Assembly: GCF_003057965.1 (NCBI RefSeq)
Contig: NZ_CP020921.1
Coordinates: 208,100 to 272,099 of the forward strand
Reading direction: 5' to 3'
From: Thermodesulfobium acidiphilum
GTDB lineage: Bacteria; Thermodesulfobiota; Thermodesulfobiia; Thermodesulfobiales; Thermodesulfobiaceae
DNA length: 64,000 bases
In this document: in pieces, positions 19,536 through 28,806 of the stretch
Layout: each line of letters begins with the position of its first letter
How positions within the stretch are numbered: position 1 is the first letter of the stretch
Notes under the pieces: generated by a model
Database searches by the model: none
Seen by the model: only the letters and a program-made list of their open reading frames with translations
Told to the model about the DNA's origin: nothing
Made by a program: the position numbers and the translations under genes

Positions 19536-21329
19536 TTGTTAAGAAACGATATAAGAAATGTTGCAATAATAGCACACGTTGATCACGGGAAAACTACTTT
19601 AGTTGATGCTATGTTAAGGCAAAGCGGTGTTTTTAGGGCCAACGAAGCTGTGGTAGAAAGAATCCTCGATTCGAATGACCTTGAAAGAGAAAGAGGAATA
19701 ACAATATTATCAAAAAACACATCGATTTTTTATAAAGGCATTAAGATAAATATTGTAGATACTCCAGGACATGCTGATTTTGGTGCAGAAGTTGAAAGGA
19801 TCTTGAATATGGTGGATGGGGTTTTGTTACTTGTTGATGCATTTGAAGGACCAATGCCTCAAACAAAATATGTTTTAAGAAAGGCTCTTGAACAAGATCT
19901 TAAGCCTATAGTTGTAATAAACAAGATAGATAGACCTGATCAAAGAGTTGACGAGGTATTAGACGAAGTTTTGGAGCTCTTTATCGATTTAGATGCTCCT
20001 GAGTCTTTTTTGGACTTCCAGGTTGTCTATACTTCTGCAAAGCAAGGCATTGCTAAATTGTCTATGGATGAAAATAGTTCAAATTTAGTCCCTCTTTTTG
20101 AAACGCTTATAAAGGAAATCCCTATACCGGCTGGAGATGTTGAAGCACCCTTTCAGGTTCTTGTGACTACGCTGGATTATGATGAATATATAGGGAGAAT
20201 TGCTATAGGAAGGGTAATGAGAGGAAAAATTGCAAACAAACAAAACGTTTTAGTACTAAATGGATACGAAGAAAGAAAGGCTAAAATTAGCAAGTTATTT
20301 ACTTATGAGGGCCTCAAAAGGGTTGAAATTCAAGAAGCGATTTTTGGAGATATTATTGCAATTTGTGGGATTGATGAAATTAAAATTGGAGAAACAATTG
20401 CCGATCCCAACGAACCTGAAGTGTTACCGGGCATTTATATTGACGAGCCAACTGTTTCCATGATCTTCTCAGTTAATAATAGTCCTTTTGCAGGGCAAGA
20501 AGGTGAATTCGTAACCTCAAGACACTTAAGTGAAAGACTCTTTAAGGAACTTCAAACTAATCTTAGTCTTAGAGTAAATCCAACAGATTCAACCGATTCA
20601 TTTGAGGTATGTGGAAGAGGAGAACTCCATCTGTCTATATTAATTGAAACTATGAGAAGAGAGGGATATGAATTTCAGGTCGAAAGGCCAAAAGTAATTA
20701 ATAAAATAATAAACAAAGAAAAGTGTGAACCAATGGAATTTTTGACTGTAGATGTGCCAAAAGAGTATATGGGGACAGTAATGGATTTGTTGGGCAGAAG
20801 AAAGGCGGAACTAACCAACATGATAGAGTTAGCAGGATATATAAGACTTGAATTTATTGTGCCATCAAGAGGGCTTATTGGATTTCGATCGACGTTTTTG
20901 ACTAGCACTAAGGGTACAGGTGTCATGCATCATGTATTTCATGGTTATGCTCCTTATAAGGGAGATGTCTTACAAAGACAAAATGGTGTTTTAGTTTCGA
21001 TGGAGACCGGACAAGTTACCTCATATGCGTTGTCAAACCTTGAGGACAGAGGAACATTATTTGTAGTACCAGGTACAGAAGTTTATAAGGGAATGATTGT
21101 AGGAGAAAATTCTAAAGATGTAGATTTGTGGGTAAATCCCTGTAAAAAAAAGCACCTTACAAATATCCGCTCTGCTACTAGCGACGAAGCTATTAGACTC
21201 AATACTCCAAGAATATTTAGTCTTGAACAGGCCCTAGAGTATATCAACGATGATGAATTGGTAGAAATAACTCCCAAAAGTATTAGATTAAGAAAAAAGG
21301 TTCTTAATAAGAATCCAAGAATGAGTTAA
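19536..21329 (+). CDS. typA: Translational GTPase TypA/BipA
   Basis: [39 protein letters not shown]. Confidence 0.97.
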   Translation: MLRNDIRNVAIIAHVDHGKTTLVDAMLRQSGVFRANEAVVERILDSNDLERERGITILSKNTSIFYKGIKINIVDTPGHADFGAEVERILNMVDGVLLLVDAFEGPMPQTKYVLRKALEQDLKPIVVINKIDRPDQRVDEVLDEVLELFIDLDAPESFLDFQVVYTSAKQGIAKLSMDENSSNLVPLFETLIKEIPIPAGDVEAPFQVLVTTLDYDEYIGRIAIGRVMRGKIANKQNVLVLNGYEERKAKISKLFTYEGLKRVEIQEAIFGDIIAICGIDEIKIGETIADPNEPEVLPGIYIDEPTVSMIFSVNNSPFAGQEGEFVTSRHLSERLFKELQTNLSLRVNPTDSTDSFEVCGRGELHLSILIETMRREGYEFQVERPKVINKIINKEKCEPMEFLTVDVPKEYMGTVMDLLGRRKAELTNMIELAGYIRLEFIVPSRGLIGFRSTFLTSTKGTGVMHHVFHGYAPYKGDVLQRQNGVLVSMETGQVTSYALSNLEDRGTLFVVPGTEVYKGMIVGENSKDVDLWVNPCKKKHLTNIRSATSDEAIRLNTPRIFSLEQALEYINDDELVEITPKSIRLRKKVLNKNPRMS

Positions 21330-21366
21330 AAATTTTAGATTATTAGTATCTTAGAGGAGAGATAAA

Positions 21367-22425
21367 ATGAAACCATGGTTGGAAATTGATCTGGATGCTA
21401 TTTTATCAAATTACAAAATAATAAAAGAATACACAAAAAAGGATTTAATACCAGTTATAAAAAGTAATGCTTATGGAATGGGACTTATCCCTGTTGCCAA
21501 CGCTTTAAAAGACGTAGCAAATCTAATTGCTATTGGTGATATAGAAGAGGTGTATACACTAAGACACTCTGGATTTGAAGGTAATTTACTTCTCATAGTG
21601 CCTATTTTTTCTAAAGAAGAAGCTGAACTTTGTGTAAAATATGACGTTTTTACTGCTATTGACTCATTTGATATGGCGTTATTTTTGTCTGAGATAGCAA
21701 AAAAGAGTGGTAAAACTGTAGGAGTTCATGTAAAGGTTGATATAGGTATGCACAGGTTTGGCGTCAAGCCAGAAGAGCTGGACAGTTTTGTAGAAAAAAT
21801 AAGTTATTTGCCTAATATAAAAATAATTGGGATTTTTTCACATTTACCTCTTGGTTTGAACCTCATTACCCAGGAGCAACTTATTATATTTGATAGGATT
21901 TCTGAAAAATATAAAGACTTAATTGTTCATTTACCAAATTCTCAGAATACTGTAGAAAATCTTGAATCCCTAAAATTTATACCCAGGTGTGGTCTTTTAA
22001 TTTATGGAGTTTTGCCTTCTGATGTTAATGGTCTTGTTTTAAAAAATGTTGTAAGATTGAAGGCCAGTATTGTGAAGATCCATGATATCAGCGCAGGACA
22101 AAGTTGGTCTTATGGGTACTCTTATACTGCTCATAAAGATTCAAAGATTGCAGTGATTTCGATTGGTTATGCTGATGGCTTGAAGAGAGCACTTTCAAAC
22201 AATTGGAGTGCTAAGGTTAAGGGGAGTATATGCCCATTAAGGGGAACTATTAATATGAATTTTTCCTTTTTAGACATAACAGATGTTAGCAACGTTCGTG
22301 TTGGCGACGAGGCGATTTTATTAGATGAGGACCTTAAAATAGAAGACATGGCTAAAGCAATAGATACTGTTCCTCATGAGATCCTTGTTTCGTTCAGAGA
22401 GAGCATGAAAAGGGTTTACGTTTGA
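21367..22425 (+). CDS. alr: Alanine racemase family PLP enzyme
   Basis: VIKSNAYG PLP lysine, HVKVDIGMHRFG, SYG, IGYADG. Confidence 0.85.
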   Translation: MKPWLEIDLDAILSNYKIIKEYTKKDLIPVIKSNAYGMGLIPVANALKDVANLIAIGDIEEVYTLRHSGFEGNLLLIVPIFSKEEAELCVKYDVFTAIDSFDMALFLSEIAKKSGKTVGVHVKVDIGMHRFGVKPEELDSFVEKISYLPNIKIIGIFSHLPLGLNLITQEQLIIFDRISEKYKDLIVHLPNSQNTVENLESLKFIPRCGLLIYGVLPSDVNGLVLKNVVRLKASIVKIHDISAGQSWSYGYSYTAHKDSKIAVISIGYADGLKRALSNNWSAKVKGSICPLRGTINMNFSFLDITDVSNVRVGDEAILLDEDLKIEDMAKAIDTVPHEILVSFRESMKRVYV

Positions 22426-22652
22426 TTTTAATAAATATAAATTAAATTTATTAAGTTGTAGCTGATTTTAATTAATAATACTGGAATAGTATCCTAATGT
22501 TATTCCTTTCGACTTCTACGCTTTAATATTAAAATTTTAGAAGAATTCAATTTTGTCTAAACTTTGATTTTTCTAATTATTTTAGAAAATGATTTTTTAA
22601 AATCTCCTTTTTAATGTATTTTTAAGTTATAAAAAGACTTTATGTTAGGTAA

Positions 22653-22681
22653 TTGACATAATAGTCAGATAGCTATAAAAT
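22653..22681 (+). promoter_or_regulatory. Sigma-70/SigA promoter for the LivK-like gene
   Basis: TTGACA (22653-22658), 17-nt spacer, TAAAAT (22676-22681). Confidence 0.75.
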
Positions 22682-22716
22682 TTCAATAATTTGATGAGAG
22701 GAAGGGGTGTTGTTTA

Positions 22717-23868
22717 ATGAAGCGTTTTGGGCTTTATGGATTATTCTTTGTTTTGATTGGAATTGGTATCCTTCTAGTTGCGGGATGCGCAGGTCAACAA
22801 AATAAACCTGCAGGTGAATCTAACGTTATAAAAATTGGCTTTGCTGCTCCATTAAGCGGTTCTCAAGCTGAGATGGGCACATATCTTAAGAATGGCGCAC
22901 TTATGGCCATCGATAAGATAAATGCAAAGGGTGGGATTAATGGTAAAAAGCTTGAACTTGTTGCGATGGATGACAAAGCTGATCCAAAAGAAGCTGTTTC
23001 AGTAGCACAAAAGTTTGCTGCAGATCCATCAATAGTGGCTGTTATAGGGCATCTTAACTCGGGAGCTTCTATACCTGCTTCTGCTATTTATCATCAGGCA
23101 GGTCTTGTAATGGTTTCTCCTTCTTCAACTAATCCCAAACTTACCGAACAGGGATTTAATAATGTATTTAGAGTTTGTACTACCGATGCTATGCAAGGTC
23201 CTTTTGCTGCAAAGTTTGTAAAGGACAAATTGAAAAAGGATACAGCAGTTGTTTTGGATGACAAAACAGCATATGGTCAAGGTCTTGCAGATGAATTTGC
23301 AAAGGCATTTCAAGCTGATGGTGGAAAAATATTGATGAGAGAGGGTATAAATCAAGGGGACAAAGACTTTACTGCCCTTTTGACAAAGATAAAATCCTTA
23401 AATCCACAAGTTATTTATTTTGGCGGAATGTACCCTGAGGCAGGCCAAATGGTTAAACAAATGAAGTCTCTGGGGATGAATAAGATAGATTTTGTAAGTG
23501 GCGATGGAGTAGAAGATCCTGCTTTCATAAAGATCGCTGGCGCAGATGCTAATGGCACTTATGCAAGTAACGTTGGTCCAGCGATTGAGAAAATTCCTGG
23601 AGCAAAGGCTTTTATTGACGAATATACAAAGAAATTTGGAAATCCTCCAGGGCCATATGCACTTTTTGGTTATGATGCAGCTCTTGCAGTAATTACTGCT
23701 CTTGAAAAGGCACCTAAACCGGATAGAGCTGATGTATTGAAAGTCATGCCAACTGTAAGCTTTGAGGGGATGCTTGGAAAGACATCTTTTGATAGCAAGG
23801 GCGATACTACAAACAAGATTCTTACAATGTTTGTAGTTAAAGATGAAAAATGGCAACCTGTTGATTAG
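22717..23868 (+). CDS. Branched-chain amino acid ABC substrate-binding lipoprotein (LivJ/LivK family)
   Basis: Lipobox LVAGC, IKIG..PLSG, GHLNSG, DDKTAYGQGLA, DFTALLTKIK. Confidence 0.92.
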   Translation: MKRFGLYGLFFVLIGIGILLVAGCAGQQNKPAGESNVIKIGFAAPLSGSQAEMGTYLKNGALMAIDKINAKGGINGKKLELVAMDDKADPKEAVSVAQKFAADPSIVAVIGHLNSGASIPASAIYHQAGLVMVSPSSTNPKLTEQGFNNVFRVCTTDAMQGPFAAKFVKDKLKKDTAVVLDDKTAYGQGLADEFAKAFQADGGKILMREGINQGDKDFTALLTKIKSLNPQVIYFGGMYPEAGQMVKQMKSLGMNKIDFVSGDGVEDPAFIKIAGADANGTYASNVGPAIEKIPGAKAFIDEYTKKFGNPPGPYALFGYDAALAVITALEKAPKPDRADVLKVMPTVSFEGMLGKTSFDSKGDTTNKILTMFVVKDEKWQPVD

Positions 23869-23890
23869 AGAGACTATTTAACTTTTTTTT

Positions 23891-23922
23891 AAAGATGGCG
23901 AGTAATTCGCCATCTTTTTTTT
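23891..23922 (+). terminator. Rho-independent terminator
   Basis: AAAGATGGCGA..TCGCCATCTTT hairpin followed by a T-run, 22 nt after the LivK stop. Confidence 0.88.
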
Positions 23923-23973
23923 GGCTAAAAAAACAGTTAGAATTAATTAAAAACTTATTAGTGGGTGAAGTAA

Positions 23974-25200
23974 TTGATCAGGATTGATATAAACAGACTT
24001 AGAGATGGCTATAAATTGAGCTCTCCAGTACTGGATTCAAAGGGAAGGCTTCTTATAGGTGAAGGTATACCTTTGGATTCGCGCATGATCAAACACCTTA
24101 AAGAATTGGGCTTGCAATTTATCCCTATCATTGTTCCCGGATATGAAGACATAACTCCTCTTGAGGCAATATCGAAGAAAGTTGAAATGTTTATGAAAAA
24201 AGAGGCTAATGAGATAATTAAAACCGCAAGAAGAACTGCTATGATAAATCCTGAAAGAATTATAAATGCTATAGACTACGTTATGAACGATATGCTTGCA
24301 AAGAGTAAGACAGGAATAGTAGTTGATGACCTTAGAACCAATAAGGAATTTTTGTTCGATCATCTTACAAGAGTTTGTATATATTCTGGTATATTGGGTA
24401 CCGCATTGGGATTAAACGATTTAAGGTTAAGGACTCTTATGATTATTGCATATCTGCATGATGTTGGTATGGCATTGATTGATGACGAAAGCATTTTAAA
24501 TGGAAGTTATATTACAGATAATCCAGATTATAGAATTAAAGAACACCCAAAGCTTGGAAGAGATTTGTGTAATAGGGCAGGGTTTCCATTTATAGTTAAT
24601 CAATCAATTTATCAACATCACGAAAGAATTGATGGTAAAGGTTATCCATTAGGGTTGTTAGAAAAAGATATAACAATTTATGCAAAAATAGTTTCACTAG
24701 TTGACGCATACGATATACTTACCTCGCCTTTACCTCATAGAAAGCCATATTTACCAAATGAAGCAATAGAATTTATTATGGCTTTAAGCAATAGTGCTTT
24801 TGATAAAGACGTTCTAAAAGCCTTTTTAAAAAAGGTAGTCCCATACCCACCCGGAACTTTGGTTTTGTTGTCTGATAATCAAATATGTGTGGTAAAGGAT
24901 TGTAATAACGATTTGCCTTTAAGACCAATTTTGAAAACTTATGCTTATCTTGAAAATAATCAGGTGAAATATGTTGATAAGCCAACAATAATAGATCTTA
25001 AGAGTCATTTGGATCTTACTATTGTAGGACAGGTTGATAGTTCAGGTAAAATTGTTGATTATGAAGGTTCAAACATTTCAAATATCTTAAAGGATTTTGA
25101 AAAAGAGAATAATAAAACTGAGAAATTTACTAAAAGTTACGTTAAGAAAAAAGTAATAAAGTTTAAGAGGAGTGCGAAGCTGGTTGATAAAAATAGATAA
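23974..25200 (+). CDS. Cytoplasmic HD-GYP cyclic dinucleotide phosphodiesterase
   Basis: LHDVG, HP, QHHERIDGKGYP, D.YD, RKPY, PYPPGTLV. Confidence 0.88.
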   Translation: MIRIDINRLRDGYKLSSPVLDSKGRLLIGEGIPLDSRMIKHLKELGLQFIPIIVPGYEDITPLEAISKKVEMFMKKEANEIIKTARRTAMINPERIINAIDYVMNDMLAKSKTGIVVDDLRTNKEFLFDHLTRVCIYSGILGTALGLNDLRLRTLMIIAYLHDVGMALIDDESILNGSYITDNPDYRIKEHPKLGRDLCNRAGFPFIVNQSIYQHHERIDGKGYPLGLLEKDITIYAKIVSLVDAYDILTSPLPHRKPYLPNEAIEFIMALSNSAFDKDVLKAFLKKVVPYPPGTLVLLSDNQICVVKDCNNDLPLRPILKTYAYLENNQVKYVDKPTIIDLKSHLDLTIVGQVDSSGKIVDYEGSNISNILKDFEKENNKTEKFTKSYVKKKVIKFKRSAKLVDKNR

Positions 25201-25355
25201 TGGGGAAAAACCTTCTGGAAGCGAAATACAATTTCTATCTTTGATGGGTTTGGAAGGGTGCTTAGACTATAACAGGACAAATTAATTCTAAAGGTGAACT
25301 TAAAAGGTTTGCCAAGTTTGATTTTCTGCTAGGACCAGATCTTTTTTTATGTTAG
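25184..25355 (+). pseudogene. Remnant of a tandem HD-GYP paralog with large internal deletion and frameshifts
   Basis: SD AAGAGGAG, then TTG-IKIDNGEKPSGSEIQ/SIFDGFGRVL matching the neighbour's N-terminus, joined to TITGQINSKGEL matching the neighbour's TIVGQVDSSGKI. Confidence 0.7.
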
Positions 25356-25417
25356 AAATGATATAATTCAATGTAATATATAAGATATATTTATGAATTA
25401 TAAAAATAATATATAAG

Positions 25418-26824
25418 GTGATAAATTTGACATATAATAAAAAGATTTATCCAGTTGTATTGTGTGCTGGCGTAGGGAAAAGAATGAGATCTAATTTTCC
25501 TAAAGTATTGCATTTTGTTTTAGATAAGCCAATGTTGTGGTGGGTTTTGAGGTCTTTTCGAGGTTTGATAGATAGTGAGCCTATTGTAGTAGTTGGAAAA
25601 AATAAGGATCTTGTTTCTCAGTATTTCGCTGATGAAAAAATAAGCTATGTAGTTCAGAATGAACCACTTGGGACTGCTCATGCACTTCTTTGTGCATATG
25701 AAAGTTTAAAGGTGTTGTCTGAAGAAGATTATTTTCTTGTGATGCCTGGAGATATGCCATTAATAAAGCAAAATACCATAAAAAATTTGTGTGAAATGTC
25801 TGAATTAAATAATGATATTACCTTTATTACCTGTAATGTTGATGATCCTAAAGGTTATGGTAGGATAGTCAGGGATAAAAACAACAACTTTTTGAGAATA
25901 ATTGAAGAAAAGGACGCGAAAAATGATGAATTGAGGATAAATGAGATAAATGTTGGCATATATCTCATAAAAATTGCTTTATTAAAGCTACTTTATAACA
26001 TTGAGAACGTAAATGCCCAGGGAGAGTACTATCTTACAGATTTGTTGGAAATCGCTTTGAAAAATGGACATAAGATTGGTACGATGGAAATCTTTGATCA
26101 GAAAGAGATATTAGGCGTTAATTCACAAAAGGATCTTTTGGAGGCACAAGGTGTAGCAAAAAGATCCGTAATTGAGGTTCATTTAAATAATGGTGTTCAA
26201 ATATTTGATATTAATTCAACCTGGATTGGACCTGAAGTTAGTATAAGTTCTGGTGCGAAGATTATGCCTTCTTCAGTTATATACGGAAAAAGTAAAATTG
26301 GTTCTTCAACAATAGGACCTTTCTCAAATATAGAAAACTCAACTATAGGCGATAATTGTAACGTTTTCTATAGTGTTATAAGAAATTCCATAATAGGAAG
26401 CAATGTAAGTGTTGGCCCTTTTTCACATATAAGGGAACAAACTGTTATTTATGATAATATTAGAATTGGAAATTTTGTAGAACTCAAAAAAACACAAATC
26501 GAGAGCAATTCTAAGGTTTCACACCTATCTTATTTAGGTGATACTACTGTTGGATCAAACGTAAACATTGGTGCTGGAACAATAACCTGCAATTATGATG
26601 GTTTTGACAAGCATAGAACTACAATAGAGGATGATGTATTTGTGGGAAGCGACTCGATATTGGTTGCCCCAGTTAAACTTTCGAAAGGGTCAATGATTGC
26701 GGCTGGTTCAGTTATTACCAGAGATGTGCCAGAAGATTCTCTCGGCATTGGTAGAGCTTCTCAGGTAAATAAAGCTGGATGGGTGAAGGTTTTTAAGAGC
26801 ATGAAAACCAAAAAGAAAAAGTGA
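25418..26824 (+). CDS. glmU: Bifunctional UDP-GlcNAc pyrophosphorylase / GlcN-1-P acetyltransferase
   Basis: LCAGVGKRM, PKVLH, LGTAHA, GEYYLTD, GNFVELK, HLSYLGD, NYDG; start may be TTG 25427. Confidence 0.96.
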   Translation: MINLTYNKKIYPVVLCAGVGKRMRSNFPKVLHFVLDKPMLWWVLRSFRGLIDSEPIVVVGKNKDLVSQYFADEKISYVVQNEPLGTAHALLCAYESLKVLSEEDYFLVMPGDMPLIKQNTIKNLCEMSELNNDITFITCNVDDPKGYGRIVRDKNNNFLRIIEEKDAKNDELRINEINVGIYLIKIALLKLLYNIENVNAQGEYYLTDLLEIALKNGHKIGTMEIFDQKEILGVNSQKDLLEAQGVAKRSVIEVHLNNGVQIFDINSTWIGPEVSISSGAKIMPSSVIYGKSKIGSSTIGPFSNIENSTIGDNCNVFYSVIRNSIIGSNVSVGPFSHIREQTVIYDNIRIGNFVELKKTQIESNSKVSHLSYLGDTTVGSNVNIGAGTITCNYDGFDKHRTTIEDDVFVGSDSILVAPVKLSKGSMIAAGSVITRDVPEDSLGIGRASQVNKAGWVKVFKSMKTKKKK

Positions 26825-26870
26825 TTAAATGTGTAGTTTTTAACCCTGTTAAAGGAAGGAGTATATTTTA

Positions 26871-27815
26871 GTGGATAATTCATCGTATGCTATATTTTCT
26901 GGTTCTTCGAATATAGCTTTAAGCAAAGAGGTCTCAAGCTTTCTTGGAAGAAATCTTGGGGCTGTAAATATAACTCGTTTTAGTGACGGGGAAATTTATG
27001 TTAGGGTAGAAGAATCAGTCAGAGGAAAAGATATATTCCTTATCCAGTCAACTTCTAGTCCAGTAAATGAGAGACTTATGGAACTTTTGATAATGGTTGA
27101 TGCCTTTAAAAGAGCATCTGTATCTTCTATAAACGTTATTATCCCATATTTTTGTTATGCCAGACAGGATAGAAAGGTAAGAGGTAGGGAACCAATTTCT
27201 GCAAAATTAGTTGCAAACCTTATTGAGCGTGCAGGTGTTGACAGGGTTATTGGTATAGATTTTCATACTGGTCAGATTCAGGGCTTTTTTGATATATTGG
27301 TTGATCATCTTACTGCTATACCAGTATTTGATTCATATCTTAGATCAAATTTTGAATTAGATAACCTGGTAATTGTGTCTCCAGATATAGGAGGGGTTGG
27401 AAGAGCTAGGGTTCTTGCTGAAAGAATGGGAGTTCCTCTTGCGGTTGTAGATAAAAGAAGGCCTCTTCCAAATCAAGCTGAAGCGGTTAATATAATTGGT
27501 GATGTTATAGGGAAAAGATGTGTTGTAATTGACGATATAGTTGATACGGGCGGAACTATGGTTGAGGCAGCTCACATATTGAAGAAAAATGGAGCAAAAG
27601 AAGTATTAGGGGTTGCAACACATGGTATTTTATCGGGGCCTGCTGTAGAAAGGCTTACAAAATCTGATTTTTCACATTTTATAGTTACAAATACTATTTA
27701 CCATCCAGATGAGTTTTATGGGCCTAAAATTAAGATTATTTCTGTTGCAAGGCTTATTGCAGAATCTATCAAACGTATTGCTTTATCTGAGTCGGTTAGT
27801 GAACTTTTTAGATAA
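26871..27815 (+). CDS. prs: Ribose-phosphate pyrophosphokinase
   Basis: FSDGE, YARQDRK, SPDIGG, DDIVDTGGT; canonical glmU-prs order. Confidence 0.97.
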   Translation: MDNSSYAIFSGSSNIALSKEVSSFLGRNLGAVNITRFSDGEIYVRVEESVRGKDIFLIQSTSSPVNERLMELLIMVDAFKRASVSSINVIIPYFCYARQDRKVRGREPISAKLVANLIERAGVDRVIGIDFHTGQIQGFFDILVDHLTAIPVFDSYLRSNFELDNLVIVSPDIGGVGRARVLAERMGVPLAVVDKRRPLPNQAEAVNIIGDVIGKRCVVIDDIVDTGGTMVEAAHILKKNGAKEVLGVATHGILSGPAVERLTKSDFSHFIVTNTIYHPDEFYGPKIKIISVARLIAESIKRIALSESVSELFR

Positions 27816-27886
27816 TAAATTTTCTTAATTAAGTAATATAATATTAGGAAAATTAAGATAATACTTTTAATTAAAAGGAGGACACC

Positions 27887-28804
27887 TTGTATTTAAGACA
27901 ATTCAAGGTTTTTTTGGTAGCGGCTGAAAGAGAAAGTTTTACTCAAGCTGCAAAAGAACTTTATTTAACGCAACCTGCTGTGTCATTTCAGATCCAGGCA
28001 TTAGAGGATTTTTTTGGTGCAAAGCTATTTAAAAGGACAGGAAGAAAAGTAGAACTTACTGATGCAGGGGATGCACTTTTGCCATACGCAAAAAAAATTA
28101 TCGAAGCAATGGAAGAGTCCAAAAAAGCAATAGAACAAGTTGGCGCTGCAAAAACAGGTAAATTAGTAGTAGGCGCTAGCACAACTATAGGTATATATAT
28201 ATTACCCCCATTAATTGCGATATACAGGTCTAAATATCCTCAAACAATAATTTCTATAAGGGTAGAGAATACTGAAGGCATAGAAGAGGCGCTGTTGAGA
28301 AAGGACATAGATTTTGGCTTGATAGAAGGGTTTGTTAAAAGTTCTTATGTGAAAAGGGAGAAATTTAGAGATGACGAGCTTGTTTTGATCGTACCTGCTC
28401 ACCATCCGTGGCCAGATGTAATCGAATTATCAGATCTCATGATAGAACCGTTAATTCTAAGAGAAGAGGGCTCAGGTACCAGAATGGTTCTAGAAGGGGC
28501 TTTAATGGAAAAGAGTCTTTCTGTGTCTGATCTTAATATTAATATGGTTCTGGGAAACACAGAGGCAATCAAACATGCGGTTGCTGCAGGGTTAGGGGTA
28601 TCTTTTGTTTCAAAATGCACAATTGGCAAAGAGTTAGCATTAGGCCTTTTGAGGATCGTAAGAGTAAGGGGTTTTAGTGTAATGAGAGAACTTTTTATAA
28701 TCAGAAGAGAGAACGAAGATTTGTCGCCATATGCTGAGAGAATTTTAAGATTTCTCAATAAACCTATGCCTATTGAAACGCCCTTTTCCTCTACAGAAAA
28801 ATAA
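27887..28804 (+). CDS. LysR family regulator (CysL-like)
   Basis: HTH SFTQAAKELYLTQPAVSFQI, GASTTIG, REEGSGTR, NTEAIK.AV..GLG. Confidence 0.9.
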   Translation: MYLRQFKVFLVAAERESFTQAAKELYLTQPAVSFQIQALEDFFGAKLFKRTGRKVELTDAGDALLPYAKKIIEAMEESKKAIEQVGAAKTGKLVVGASTTIGIYILPPLIAIYRSKYPQTIISIRVENTEGIEEALLRKDIDFGLIEGFVKSSYVKREKFRDDELVLIVPAHHPWPDVIELSDLMIEPLILREEGSGTRMVLEGALMEKSLSVSDLNINMVLGNTEAIKHAVAAGLGVSFVSKCTIGKELALGLLRIVRVRGFSVMRELFIIRRENEDLSPYAERILRFLNKPMPIETPFSSTEK

Positions 28805-28806
28805 GT

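Noticed and set aside
22426..22650. Small gene, sRNA or CodY-like boxes in the alr-livK gap
   Set aside because: A minus-strand AAAGGAG has no usable start codon after it, frames are interrupted by stops, and box matches have several mismatches in AT-rich DNA
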